From NCBI GenBank assembly GCA_000708835.1, contig DF237137.1, forward strand, positions 1-64,000: a DNA stretch of 64,000 nucleotides, written 5' to 3'. Position numbers and translations under genes: made by a program. Of this stretch, positions 10,802-24,700 are shown one piece after another. The stretch is from Klebsormidium nitens. Taxonomy: Eukaryota; Plantae; Klebsormidiophyceae. The notes under the pieces were generated by a model that was not told the DNA's origin, did no database searches, and was given only the letters and a program-made list of their open reading frames with translations. Position 1 is the first letter of the stretch; every line of letters begins with the position of its first letter.

Positions 10802-13800
10802 ATGGCGGTCCTTTCGGTGGCCGCCACCAGAATTAGTGGTGTCAACTCCAGGGTCGGTTGCACTTATTCCAAAGTAAGGCAGTCTTCAGAATGGTGAAAT
10901 TGTAGCCAATGCTGCCAGCCTTATGTGCAATGTGGCGCCTCTGGTTTTGTTGGGGCACCTTTTGTTGGGGCACCTTTTTGTTGGGGCACCACTGTCATAG
11001 CTCTCAGAGCCAATGAATGCCTGGTTGTGGAGTGAATTGCAAGCACAGAATCCTTTACTGACCTGGGAAGTTGCTAAACGATGGCGTCACTATCTTAGCA
11101 TAGAGACACCAAAAAACCATCAAACTTTTGAACTGCAAACCGAGTTGAGCAATGGAGGATTTGTTTTGGAGTCCCACCACCAGTATATCGCCCCAGTTCA
11201 CAGAATGCCTTTGCAGTTTTGTCTATGTCAGTCCATTCTGTTCTGGCGCCACTTGATAACGCAGGACACTTCAGAGTTCTTCTAAAAGTCCGTATCATTC
11301 ACAGTACCAGTGGGTTGCCTTTCCGCCTTGTTCTGGGTATTCCATGCACATCATGTTGCTTGGTCAAATGATGCAAGAGATAGCTGAAGTGGCCCCACTG
11401 ACTGGCATCATGAGGCCTTTAGTGCAAACCGAAATCAATTGCATCGCGCACGCATCACCATCGCTCATATTCTGACCTTCCTCCCTTTCAGGCAAGGTGT
11501 GAAAAGATTCTCCCATGCCACAATTGGCTGGCTCCTGGGCAGTCCACGCAGCTTCAGGGGGTCCTAATCACATCAGCAGGCACCCGAAGGAGCTGCCACG
11601 TCCCCAGCATGTCAGGTAGCTTGGACATTCAAGGGAGCATGAGATCGAGGGGTAGCCTTCGAAGAGAGCCCTTTCGAGCAACGGCCTCCAGACCAGTCGG
11701 TGGTGGTACAGACAAGGGATGTTTTCGCCCTAGACATTCAAGCGCAAGTCAAAAGACTTGTCTATGCTCCCTTCAAGCGAGGAAACTAGCAGCTGAGACA
11801 AGTAGGAGGCTGAAACCAGCTAGAACCTCCAGGCACTTGGGGAAAGCGGTAGCTTTAGTGGCAGGCTTAACTTCATCAAAACCATCAGCTTTATTGGAGG
11901 GGGCGCCGTCGAGTCAAAGAGTGTCTAGAGGGCCTCGTTTCCTAAGGAGCGGCTTCAGGGGAGACCCCCTTCTTCGAGTATGCGGAGAGCTGATGGCAAC
12001 TGCGGGGAGGAGGAAAGGACGGGGCTCAGCTTTGGGTAAGGGCTGCTGCCAAGAGCCGCTAGTGTAACGCTTTGGCTGAGCTGAGTCATCAAGGATCAAT
12101 TGGTGGCTCTATTCAGCTGGGGCATTGTTTGTGAATCTTGAGTTGGTAGACTATCTGTGGGAATGTCAATCTATGTTTGGTTTCAACTTGAGGGTCAGTA
12201 GACGACCCGATTGATCATCTGTCCGTCAAGGTTCCATCTACTTTTGTAGAAGGTGTTTCTTAACGCATGGTCAACACTGGTGACACAGCTTAGGCTCGGG
12301 CACCGTTTGGTGTCAACCGTTTGAAGCTTCCATTGGAGGCGTTCTGATAGTCTCCTGGTGAGACCTCTATAGGCTCATATAAATCGCCGGCGGCTGCTTT
12401 TCTGAAAACTTGTCATTAGTGCGCCCCGCATTCCCCGCGCCTTCAATGGTTATATTCTACAGGGCAGAGGCCACATGTCCGCAAGTTCACGAAAACCTGT
12501 GACGACTCTTTGAGTCTTCCCCCAGTATTATCCCTGGTACCTTCCACTTTGTTTCGAAGTCTTCTCCTACTCTAGTATTATTTAGACGATCCCAATAAGT
12601 ATCCAGCTTAGGAACCCCGGTTTGGTCGTCGTTCCTGCAGCCTGCTCCTGCTCTGTCGATCTCGCTTCCAACATGTTTACATTTGGAACCGCGATGGTCG
12701 TCCCGTTCTACACGCTGATGCTGGCTGCCCCAAAGTGGCGAGGGGTGAGTCCACCCGAACTGTGTTATCCGCTTGTGCTTCTTTACAATCCCATCTTGAC
12801 AGCCCTTTCTCCAACACTTTTGCCCCTCTTCGTCTGACGTCCATGGTTGACGTCTTTGTCAAACTGCGCATAGTACACAGGACACAAGACTGCCTGAATC
12901 AGAAAACCAGATGGGGTTGCAGACTTGGTAAGAGCGTTCTTGTCGGATCGGTGGGGCACTGGAACGGCGTTCATTGATCAAAGTTGCAACGGTATTTTGT
13001 TTTCCAAATTTGGCCCCAATCTTATGATGCTCGGGCAATGGACTAATCGTTCGTTCAATTTCTCGGTCCGACCTTCAGCTTTAAATGCCTCAAACAATAT
13101 CTGTATCACATCTTCAACCACTTCTAAACATTGTTCAACTCGCTTCCCGATGTATCTTGAAGGTCTGCCAGAGGCACTCCTCCGCATGAGAACGATTTTG
13201 GACATTTAGTAAATTCTGCTTCTGCTAACCCTGACCGCCTTGAATGCGCAAATCCAACTCTCTTGCTGCAATATCGCACCTTCGTGGTGATTTGGTAACA
13301 GTAGCCTCCCTTCATCCAGGCAGAGAAGCCTAGACTTGAACTGCGCAGCTAGGAGTGTCGGAGTGCAAAAGCGTCTGAATCGACAAAAGTTCCTATGAAT
13401 TACGGAAAATGTCCACAAAACATGAAAAGTGTATCCAGAACTCAAATTGAATACTCAATTCGCTCGTGCAGACGCGCAAGGTGATGGACAGCGCAATCCC
13501 GTACGTGATTCTAGGCGCAATGTACATGTACCTGCTCTCTATCTCGTGGACTCCAGAGCACCCCAAGCTCATGTTCTCGAGCAAGTACTGGCTTCCGGAG
13601 GTGAGCTAATACAATTGGCGCTTGGTTTTCAGCTCTCGACAAGCGGCCTATTATCCTGGAAACAGATTCTTGAGCAAATGAGGTGCGCTTATACAATTGG
13701 CGTGGCGTATCTAGCTTTTGGAAAGCACTTGTCTTTCCCGAGCTCGTTCTCCCGAGCAAGTACTTGCTTCTGGAAATGAGCTTGGTTTTCTGCTTTTGAA

Positions 13801-15466
13801 GCGGCCTGCTATCCTGATTTCAGATGCTCGAAAGGTATCTGCTTTCCTGGGTGCGCTTATACGATCGGCGTGTTGTCTCCGGCTTCCGAGAGCCATCTGT
13901 GCTCGCCGTGCTCATCATCACGAGCAAGCACTTGCTTCCGGACGTAGCTCTGACGACCGGTGTGTTACATCACCTTTTGGAACGTCGCTCTCTACTTATC
14001 AGCGAAAGGGTCCGTGCTTTTCAGCACATTTTGCGAGGGAGTTCTGCAGGCGTTTCGTCCCCCCTAAACCGTGTATCGTTCCGTGCAGTTGTCTGGGATC
14101 ACCCGCATGTTCTCCAGCATGCTGACCGTCTCCTCCGCCTGGATCCACCTTCTGGCGGTCGACCTCTTCGCCGGCAGGTCAGCCACCTCAACCCAGTCTT
14201 AACCCTCTCTACATCGATCAAAGTTTCTCCAAATCGATCTTCTTGAAAAGGAGAACTGCTCCGTTGACCTCGCCGGGATCCGTCTCCTGGTGGTCAACCT
14301 CTCTGCGGCAGTCAGCCCTCCTTAACCTAGTCTTGACTTTGTCATCAACCCAATTGAAGCTCAATCAGTTCTTCCTTTTTGACCATCTCTCACCAACGTC
14401 CTTCCACCGCTGAGGTATGCAAGCCATATTCGAAATCGCTGGGAATCCACGTAACAAGCAGGACTCCTTCTTGCGGTCTGAGCATGCATGAACGGGCGAC
14501 CCAAACGCTTGTTTGATCACTCCCACTGCAGAGCATTTCGACAGCGTACGTGGCCGTCATCACAGTCTTCGAGGTTGGCGCTTGGTCTTCGAAGGTTCCG
14601 CCTTCTGTTCTCTTAATCCTCAAGCTTTCAGCAAGATTCTCGAGGTTCCGTTTTCCACTTCACTCTCCAGGTTATGGCCTTTAGAGGAACCCAGGAACGT
14701 TCAAACCCTGATCAGTCTGAGCTTGTTTTGTCAGGAACATTTACCTTGACAGCATCACCCATAATCTGCCCAGCCGCCATTCGCTCGTGCTCTGCCTCAT
14801 GTTCGGGCCGGTCGGGATTTTCTCCCACCTTTTCACCAAGGTAAGAATCACTTCTGAGATTTCTAGACCTACTTTCCGCGGCCAATGTGTTCTAAAAAAG
14901 ACAGGCGGCACGATACTTACGTAAAACAGTGCGAAAGTGACAAACCAAGACTGAGGCCTTCCTTCGGACAAGTCATCAAAGGGACGGGACACAAAGAAAA
15001 AACTGAACCCTGAAGAACTTACGGTCCCCGAGGCAGGTTGAGTGTCAAGATGCTTACACGCTGCCGCTTCAGCTTGCCTCCTGACGTGAAATGATTACGT
15101 CTTTTGATGGTGTCTTGCTCTTCTCTCTGGTAGTCCTTCATTTCGCCTGAGTGCTTGTGTTCCTTGATCAAGATTCTTTTCGGAAATCCAAAAGCGCGGT
15201 CAAGAGTATGAACTTTTGAATTAAAGCCAGTCCTGATACCCGGCTGACCTGAAGCCTTATAATCCCTCGAATCTACACAAAGAAAGGCAATTTTCTTCAA
15301 ACAGAATATTGTGATGGCCTGGCGGAAGGCTACCAAAACGGAGAAGGACAACAGGGCGTCCGAAGCTGGGCCGATCAACGTATTTCCGAATGAGCCTTTT
15401 GCGGGATCAGGGCACCACGAACCAACGGTTGATGGAGTCCGACCATCAAAAGCGAGGGGGACATGA
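10802..15466 (+). CDS. ABA4: ABA DEFICIENT 4-like (DUF4281) plastid membrane protein, 7 exons
   Basis: Phase-consistent exons 10802-10873, 11492-12035, 12641-12744, 13472-13600, 14089-14177, 14735-14840, 15305-15466. Protein contains [62 protein letters not shown]. First two and last exons are less certain. Confidence 0.85.
10945..10990. repeat. Three tandem copies of (T)TTTGTTGGGGCACC in ABA4 intron 1
   Basis: Read directly: ttttgttggggcacc-ttttgttggggcacc-tttttgttggggcacc. Confidence 0.9.
13561..13950 (+). repeat. About 175-bp degenerate tandem repeat: ABA4 exon-4 3' end plus donor, with two decayed copies in the intron
   Basis: Real ctcgagcaagtactggcttccggag|gtgagc; copies cccgagcaagtacttgcttctggaa-atgagc (~13750) and cacgagcaagcacttgcttccggac-gtagct (~13920). 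Confidence 0.8.
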
Positions 15467-16597
15467 GAAAGTCCGCTCAGGTGTTTGTCGTCAAAAGAGT
15501 GGAATTAGTTGAGTCGACTGCCGGCCTACGTGCCAGACAATTTTGAAAACTGATTCAATGCTGTTACAGTAGTACGACGAAGAGGTGATGGCAACGGAGA
15601 AAGATTACGGGCTAGAGCAGGTATAAGCATGAGCAACATTATTTGAGACATCGTTTCCGAGTGAGGTCTTCAGAGTCTGGGACCAGAAGGGATATTACCC
15701 TTTGGATCTGACAAGTGCACGCTGCTGCGGTCATGCGACAAGCCATAAGACAATCCGGATATAATAGTGCGCGTCAGGCCGCCTATTAAGGGAAGCGTCG
15801 ATGAACTTTTTCATCGGCAGGCTGCATCTCAACGAATGTACTTGAGTACGTTGAAATTCAACAAGCTTGGACTCTGGACACGACCCCTTCATCTGGCGGA
15901 CGCCTATACAGTAGCCTAGCTGGCATGGCGCTGTCTTCAATGATCCCGGTCGCTTGCGGCAGGTCCGGCGGCCGCCGGCAGCATGGATTGCAGCCGTTAA
16001 ATGTCCGCCGCCGCACGTCAGGTCCTACTGCATGAAAGTACATCATTCGCGTGGAATCAAGACATTGACTCAGGACTGCAAATTGACCCGTCGAGATATA
16101 TGCTCATATAATGACGTATATGCTGCACGGTCCAATGCAACATGATGCACCACATATAAGTAAGTTGCGTGCGCGTGCCCGCTGCATGGTACGTCACTGG
16201 GCAAACTAGAGCTTATTGATCGATGGCCGCCCCCGCGGATGCATGCGTGATGGTTGATGCGGCCAATGATACATTCGCAGCCATGTCCAAACAGTAGAGT
16301 CATACGGCGAGTTGACCATCGGACACCTTTAATAAAGAAGCCATATCTTCGCCATTGCGATCCGAGTCAAACGCTTAGCTGGAAATCTTGTACAGCTTGT
16401 GTTCTAAATTTCTCCGGGAAGCACGTGAGCTTCATCTTCACGGAGACACGCCGACTTCTTTTTTGATGTTCATTCTTCTAGCTAATGTTGGACCCCAGGT
16501 GAAGTATGATATGTACAATCTAGCCAGAGTGACGCGCAATCAATGCCAAAACCCGTAAAACAAGCCCCAAACACATGACACGTATGCCTTCCGTACG

Positions 16598-19500
16598 TCA
16601 CTGCTTTGTGAAGAAAGCCGTCAAGGTCTTTTGTTTCTTGGGGCTCGGTTCGACGTGCGTTCCCACTGGCCGCGCCGCGCTTTTCCCTTGCCCTCGTTTC
16701 TTTTCCGACTTTGGAGACGGGCCCGGCGCTCGTGACCTCCATTGCCCCGGGGCTTCTTTCTCCTGATCCTCCTTCTTCCGACCATCTTTCCCCGTGCCGG
16801 TCGGCTCTCCGGCCTCCTCTTGATGCCCGGTACTTTCAACCGGTCCTCTTTCGTGATCCCGCAGCAAATCTACCCCTTCCGCTTTGTCTTCTCCCTTGTT
16901 GCTCGCGGTAACACCAACCGATTCCGCGAGTCTTTCAGCTGCGCTGCCGAAAGCGCCAATTGCCTCCGTAACCACACCCCCGACCGCATCCGTAATTGCG
17001 TCAGACGCTGCGCCAGCCTTTTCGGACGCTGCTTCAAACGCACTCCCAACGGCGTCGGACGCTTTTGAACCAACCTCGGACGCTCTTCCACTCGCTTCGG
17101 ACGCTCTTCCACCGGCCTCAGACGTCCATCCACTCGCTTTGGGGGCATTCACACCGGCCCCCGCCGTGTTCACACCCGCGTCTGACGCATTCACACCCGT
17201 TCCGGACGGCAGAGCGCCCTCCCCGGACGCTCCCAAACCCGGCTCCGGACGGTCGTCATTCACCTCTCCTTCCGAACGGTCCTTCCGTTTCCCGAGCGCC
17301 TTGCTGACGTCACGGTCCGGAATGACCGCAGCTGCGAAGGCCTTCTCTTCCTCCGCAGTTTCCAGCTTCGGCCCGGCGTCCGAATTCGGACGGTCTTTGG
17401 CTTCGGACGGCTTGGCTGCCTTTTTGAACAGTGACGCGATGGCACTAGTGGCCGCAGTAGTGGGGGTAACCTGCAAGAAAGAAAGTGTCATTATTCCAAA
17501 TGTGACGAAGTTCGACGAAAAGGGGTAAGGACGACCAAAATATCGGGGTGGAACGAAAAATTGGGAATAGGAAGAGGCTGCTCGAAACGGAAGATTTGCA
17601 AACGGGATACGGTTCACTAATATACGGAGATCGTGGGAGGGGCGAAGTAAGTCGGGAGTAATCTGCGATAAAGAAGAGGGTTCTGAAATCGGAAAGAACC
17701 ACGACAAAAAGGGGTACAAGAAGATCAGAATAGGGTGTAAGAACGAATTTGGCACCTCGACGTTAAGTCTACCACTTTTGGATTTCAACGAGACGAGGGG
17801 CACTCAGCGAGGGAAAGATGAGCGAGCGTTTTTCTTATGGAAGGCATAAAGTACGGAGGTAGATCTGAGAGCAGCAAAGGAAAACGGGTCGTAAAGGAAA
17901 TAAAGCGGACAGCCATGTAAACGATGATAGCAGCATAAGATCAGGGCAAAAGGAGAGCTACATGATCGATATTCAAAAATCATTCCTGTTTCAATTCACG
18001 GAGTATCCATATTATAGAACTGACAAGAAGTAACAAATCGATGACATGATGATGAATTACTTGCCGACAGGGAAGTGACTTGCCAAAGGAAGGAAAAACA
18101 AACTGGAGTTTATTGTGCCACTCCAATACAGGCGGCCAAGCGGAAAACCGGCTTCTAGGCTTTTCCCCTACCTCCGTGGAACGAGCAGAGATTGACAAGG
18201 CTTACTCAGCCGCCAAAAGGGCAACTCACATTGTAAACGTCCCTCAGCTTTGGACGGAAGAGGAAAGCCACTAGTGTCGGCGCCAAGAGGATCGACAGAA
18301 AAAGCAGGAGAATGGACTCGGATACGTCTTTCAGGGCCAGAGCGGTCTTAAAGCAAGTTTCCATCTTCGAACGGCACAAGAGCGTCGGAACAACCTTCTC
18401 AAAATAAGGAAAGCATCAAGAAAGCCATCCTCTCTCTCACCTCCTTCACGCAAGCGGGTGAGTCGAACGACGGCTTCCCAATTTCGGACGTCACGGGATG
18501 CCACACCAGGTCCGGCGATTCGTACGGCTTTGCCAGCTGGAGCACTTTCTCCACGGGCAGCTCCGGGCGCAGCCACGTGTCGACCTCTGATTGAGTGCTC
18601 AAAATGACGGGCATTCGGTCGTGGAGCCACTCGAGGGCCTTGGAGACGCGCGTGGTGACGATTGTATACGTATGCAGCACGTTGCCTGCGGGGGTGGGAA
18701 TTGTGGTCACGGTTATGCGGGTCAAGGAGGCTACTTATACAGGAGGTTGTTTGGGAAAGCAACTGTTGTGTAAAGTGAGCAGACGGTGAAGCATTTGGGC
18801 TTTCGAGGTGGGACGTGAAGTTAACGTGTCCCGATCAGACTGCCCCAATAGCGAGAGGGAAAAAAGCGCAGGATAAAGTCACCCTGTGCAAATTTCTCCT
18901 CGACCGTCTTCTCGCCACGCAAAGAACGATAAGAACCAAACGCAGGCTAAATACGTGGTTACAAGGCAGAGAGGTTGGTCAAAACTGCAGCCGTGAAGCC
19001 TGACCTTGATAACCTCTCTCAACGGGTCACTGTGCGCCGCAACAACAAAGTGTCCCCCTATGCATCCACCAGAGTCTTCATAAGCAATACCTACGCCAGT
19101 TTCCTCCATACGTCAAACCAATCAGGAGACTCCAATTTCATACCCCAGACTCCGCAGCGCGCTCTAAAGTCTGTTGGTTTTATCGCAGATACAAACACAT
19201 GAAAATGCTAAGCAAACGAACAGGTTCATGCACTTAGCGACATTTAAAACTCACCTTCGGCGTCTTCCCATCGGTCGCAAAGCGCCGCAAAGAGCAGCGG
19301 CCGGCTCTCGTCCTTGTAGTGGATGTAGTACGGCTGCTTGGCCTTGCTCTTCTCGTCCTTCTTCCACTCGTAAAAGCCCTCCGCCATCGCAACGCACCGG
19401 CTGCGCGGGAGCAGCCGCCGGAACGCCGCGCGCTCGTGAATGGACTCGCCGCGCGCGTTGAACTGCACAGCAGATAGTTTATAAGCTATTCGTGTTTCGC

Positions 19501-21261
19501 TGGACGAAAAAGTATGAACGGCTTCGGTTGTACCGGCTCATACTCGGTCATACACAGGCAATTGAACTGCACAAAAGGAATCGCAGGTGAGAAGCTGTGT
19601 TACAGTTCGGCTCCGTTGTATATTTGGCCTGGAGTACTTTACAAGGTAAGCCTAGCACAGGCGTACACTTGTGGATGGACTTAGCGAACGGGATATCACA
19701 GGTCTTGAGACAGTCATCAATCTGTCGTTGAATGATAAATCCTTATTAAGGAAGTCTAGCACAGGCGTACGCTTATGGCTGGACTCGCCACCGTATTGGC
19801 TGCAAGGGCATTAATCACGCATTTTCAGGTCCGGTCTCAACGACGGCTCAGGTTGGTCGGTTCAGTTGCGGTTCTCTCGACTCAAGCAACGGGGAAGTGA
19901 GATGAAGCACGCCCGTAGAGCGATTCGAGTCGGATTGGAGAAAGTCGCCAAAAGTTAAGGTTGAAGAGATTCAGTTAACCATTTTGTTTCAATTCTGGCT
20001 TTGATAGTACTTCGCTTCTTTGTACAAGAAACCATAATGGTGTTTACTTCGGACGGACATTACGGATCCTCAGTGCTTCCATTGCAGATACGATCCTATC
20101 CAGTCAACACAAGCTGTCAAGAGCAGATCCAAGCTCACAGGACAATGTATCAAGGGCGTTGAGTTGCACCTTGGAGTGGTTGTGGTGTTAGTCCAGGAAT
20201 CATCCGGTAGCCAAGTTGAGACCAAGTCGACCTACCAACTCTGACAATCAAGAATCACCTTGTTTTTGTTTCGCCATCTCACAGACGTCTCAGAGGGATC
20301 CCTTCACTTCAGGCTTGTTTGGGGAGCGTAGTCTACTACCCCCGGGACTTGCCGATCATCAGCAAAAGCGGCTCACAATTGCAAGCGTGCAATATAATCC
20401 CCCCCTCACCATGCGGAAAAAGTCGGGTTTCTCGTCCTTCTTGGTGAAGCTGGGAACCAAGCCCCACTTCATGCACTGGATAATGCGCTCCGGTGGAACA
20501 TCGCTCTCCGCTGCCTTGGGCTCTTCACCATCTTCTTTGGCTTCTGAGGCGTCTGCTGACTTCCTCGCATTGCGAAGGATGGGGGCGTATCGGCCTGGGG
20601 AGAAGTTGTACGACGGGTGGTACCTGGAAGAGGGGGTTGACAAAAGGCGTGTGTCAGTATGTGGGGGGGTGCGGGCTGAGAGAGATCAAAGGATTGGACA
20701 GTCAAGAGGCATGCATGAGGGGGGCAACAGGATAGCATTCCCATTTCAAGAAAAGTGGCAGAACGTCAGAGATGCCCCGACCGGCCGTCTGACATGACTA
20801 GTGGCATGCCAAGAAGAGACTAAAAGGGAAGAGGAGTGGAGCAAAAAGGTCATCGTAAGTCATTCAGGAAGGAAGGGGGCAAAAAGTCGACTTGCGTCCA
20901 CAATAAGGATATGTGGGGACAATGACACTTTGAGAGGGCTTGAAGCAACAGTCAGAGCGCAAGTGTGAGTGACCGTATGTTCAGAAGCTCTTGTTCCTTT
21001 TCTGGTGAATGATCATCAGCAGAGTGGCAGGAACGTATGCCTTGCGGATCCAAACCAACACTTTGGAGTATTCAAGATGCCTTTTCCCTGTTCCCCATAG
21101 AATAGGGCCACAGCTACAATAAAGGACGCACCCACAAATATGTTAGGTGTGCTTTCATCAATGCCTCCTCACTTCTCTTTGTCGACCCATTTGTCAGGAG
21201 GCACGCCCGTGGCTCGCGCAACCAGCCCAGGGTCGAGGGTGCACCGAGCCCTGCCACACAT
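16598..21261 (-). CDS. HMCES: SRAP-domain abasic-site processing protein (HMCES/YedK family), 5 exons
   Basis: Exons 21173-21261, 20410-20623, 19255-19462, 18441-18685, 16598-17470. Catalytic MCGR (Cys2), WGLVP, FNARGE, GFYEW, HDRMPVIL; C-terminal QKTLTAFF PIP-box-like motif. Confidence 0.93.
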
Positions 21262-21782
21262 TGCGGCCGGAGAGGGCGCAATATGCTGCTGCAATGCTGT
21301 GAGTGGAACCTGCCGCCCACACGCAGGAGGTATCCTGTCGGGCAACAAAAGGACTAGCAACTGCGATCACAGATTTGAGATTCCTCTTGAGAAGATTTTC
21401 TTGCTCTTTGTAGGAGCTTCAAGTGGAAATGAGAGGGATCAAAGCCTAAGGTGGGAGAAGATCCCCCTTTCAAGCCTTTGCATGCAGGTCTGCATACCTA
21501 TAAGCATTGAACTGCCAGGGGGTTAGCATCTAAACCAAGCTGCGATGGCCGGGGTCGAGTAGCCAGGTTAGGGAAAAGGCAGACGGCACTCGGGAGCCCC
21601 AATCAATACCCTGTAGCGCAGCAATAACCCGGTTGAGAACAAATCGTGCCATGCCTAACCCCGCTTGCCTAGACCGGGCCAAAATTGCAGCATTGCATGG
21701 GGAGAAATGAAATTTTGCTAAATTGGCGCGAGGGAGAAGGAACATTGCGTGGACCTTCTCTCTGCAGCGAGAAAGTGGCCTG

Positions 21783-24700
21783 ATGGCTGGTGCCACCACG
21801 TTCTGCCCCTGTGGCAGCATTGTTCAGCTTGAATCCTTCTCATCGGCTAGGCCATCATCTCTGAGACAATCCAATGTTGCCCCCTTTGCGCACCGAATCT
21901 CTTGCACTCCTGCCTGCAAAACGCACCTACTCGAATCAATGAGCTTGTGTGGTTGCGGTCCAGTGTCGCAAAGACCTCTTGCGATGCAGAGTACCATTGG
22001 GGTGCTGCCGAAGAGAATAAGTCCTGTAAGAGCCCCCTGCAGTGCATTGGCGGACACGGCAGGAACGGTGGTGAAGGAGACTGCCAGCGCAGGTGACTGT
22101 CCCACTAAGCTATGTACTACGGTTGGAATCAGAGGATCAGACTTGGAAATCGATGGAAGCTTTGCTGCTCAGATCCAGCCCCATCTGCTCAGCGATCGCA
22201 GCATTACACCTGTGTGCTCTTGCTTGTTGATTGCTTACACCTCTTATTCTCTGCTAGAGCGTGCATTCCAAACCCTGTTTCGCTGATTAGATCTACCATC
22301 ACTGCCCTTCTTATCTGCTCTGACCACCAACGGTCACACACTTGATGCTTTACTTTGAATTATGCTTCAAGTAGGGCAGAGTGGCTCGGGTGCCTTCCTT
22401 CCAAAACCCCCTTAACATTCGGTTCTTCAGAGGTCCTGCGGATATGGCGGAGCGCGGAGGCTGTGTGCTTCGACGTCGACAGCACTGTGTGTGTTGATGA
22501 GGGGATCAATGAGCTGGCGGCGTTTTGTGGTGCCGGGGAGGCGGTCGCTGAGTGGACAAGAAAGTGAGACCACTGAGACCAACAGAATTTGGATATTGAT
22601 CAAAGCGCAACTGAAGAGTTATTGTGGTATCAAGATAGCTGTACATCACGATGTGGTGCGCACATCAATACTTGGTCCACCTAGCCCAGGCTAAGCTAAG
22701 CAGTAAACAAAGTCTTATGGATTTGACGTACCAGACCGTTGAATGAGATGGGGACTACTTTGATCTAGGCCGTCACACTTCCTGTTGAAACTTGCTGACA
22801 CGTTCGTCAGCAGCTGGTACCTTTGCAGGCTGCTGATAATTCGAGCAGCCAACGTAGCACCGAGTCTTCTCTGGTCACCTTCTTCTCGACCTTTCGAAAG
22901 TCACCAAAGTTTCAATGTGGACTGAACATCATTCTGATTGTTTCCAGGACTACGGGTGGTGGCGTGCCGTTTGAGCAGGCTTTAGCAGCCGGTTTGTGAA
23001 GGACACGAACTTATCGAACAAGACTGAAAATTACTAGAATGTTAAACAACGACTAGGATAATTCAAAGCTTATGAAAGATCATCCTTTTTTCCCCCAGGG
23101 CTATGGGTGGCGGGGTGCCGTTTGAGGAGGCCTTAGCCGCCCGGTTGAGCATCATCAAGCCATCCATGAAGGACGTAGCTACGTATCTGGCCGCTCACCC
23201 CCCCAGGTGACCAAAACGGGCTCCCCTGCCTCTTACTGATCTATGTGGAACCTTACGTGTCTCAGCGTGTCAAAACGAGTGCACTTAACTTTCCTCAAAA
23301 GCTAAGAGCAATTATTATTCTGCAGGTCGGGCCTTTCGCTCTTTGCAGAGACCAGAACGTCCATCTTTTGAGGTTGATTTGAGGTTGGGTCACATCGACG
23401 CATGTGGTCGAAGCAATCTAGTCAGCCTCCAGTTTATACAGAGAACTCGTTTGAAGATGGAACTCAAGAAACAGCAGGTAGTCGGGCATCCTTTTGCCCC
23501 TCTGCAATTTCGTCTTATCTTAATGGTATCACGATTGTCCACTTCAATGGTCGGAGGGGCGGAAGCTGAGGCAGGCGAATGTGGACTGTTTGCATTCTCA
23601 ACGGGATCGAAAGTCTCGTGGGTTAAGTTAACCCCACTCGACGGAAGCATAAGTTGCCAATAGCCCTATTTCTGTTTCCTGCTTTGCCTTGACGGGTGTC
23701 AGATTGCAAAGCAAGCCCGTTGCTAAGGCACCCTCCGCAACAGAGGAGGAGGAAGTTAACGACAATTGAAACGAGGAGAGTAAGACTCAAAAGAAGAGCC
23801 GTTATCGTTGCAGGTTAAGCCCAGGCATCGCAGACCTGGTCGGGACTTTGCAACAGAGAGGCGTGGCTGTGTATCTCGTGTCGGGGGGGTTCCGGCAAAT
23901 GATTGAGGTAACGGCAGATTCTGTTTCCACTTCGCAACAAAGAGGGCTTGCCGCTATCCGAAGCCTTTACATACCTTACTACCGGGCCTGGAATCTTTGC
24001 ATTGGAATAGCTGTGCGTAACGCCTTTTTTAGTCGGCGATGTCCATGGAACCGACATGTTCTGGGACGTTGTAGATCTACCGTGGGCTAAGCGATTCCCA
24101 TAGTCTGGGCAGGGTGACTCGTCTTCAATTTCCTGGTTCTAAATCTATCTCGACAATGTGCGCTGACTGATCTTGTTCTTGTGTTTATGTCTGATCCTGT
24201 CTCTCATCGGGGCTTCGTTCTTGGCCCGTGGGCTGAACGCATTTCGATGTTGTGGGCTTTTGTAGTCTTATCATGATCACTCCAGTCGTAAGCCTCCTAC
24301 CAGTCGTCGTGAGCTTTCTACAATGAGCCTCTTTACTTGGACAAGGTCTTCGATATTTGAGCACGATCACACAGTTGCACATCCGCCGACTAAGTCCAAG
24401 CAATAGTGCTTAGTGCTTCCAAGAATACATAATTCCAAAGATCAGTTCTTAACAGCTCTCAATCTTGCGGCGATAGGGTCATAAGACACGGCTCTTTTCT
24501 CTCCCGGGATCACTTTCAGAAGACGGCTCTGATTAAACTTTTCTTTCTGGGACTGAAGACAGCTTCGGTCGTGTAAAAGGAACCAGCATACGCTTCCGCT
24601 GGTCGGGAGTCCTTTTTATGATGACCGGAAAGCACAGAGTACAGTGTCTCAGCACGATCCACCCCTGAAAAGCAACTCAATCTCCTCTTTAGGGGGGCCA

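Noticed and set aside
11609-12067. Retroelement gag-like relic
   Set aside because: Better explained as ABA4 exon 2 (transit region); splice phases match on both sides.
16598-17803. 401-aa stand-alone ORF in the track
   Set aside because: Only 16598-17470 is coding (last SRAP exon); the pyrimidine-rich 5' part is intron.
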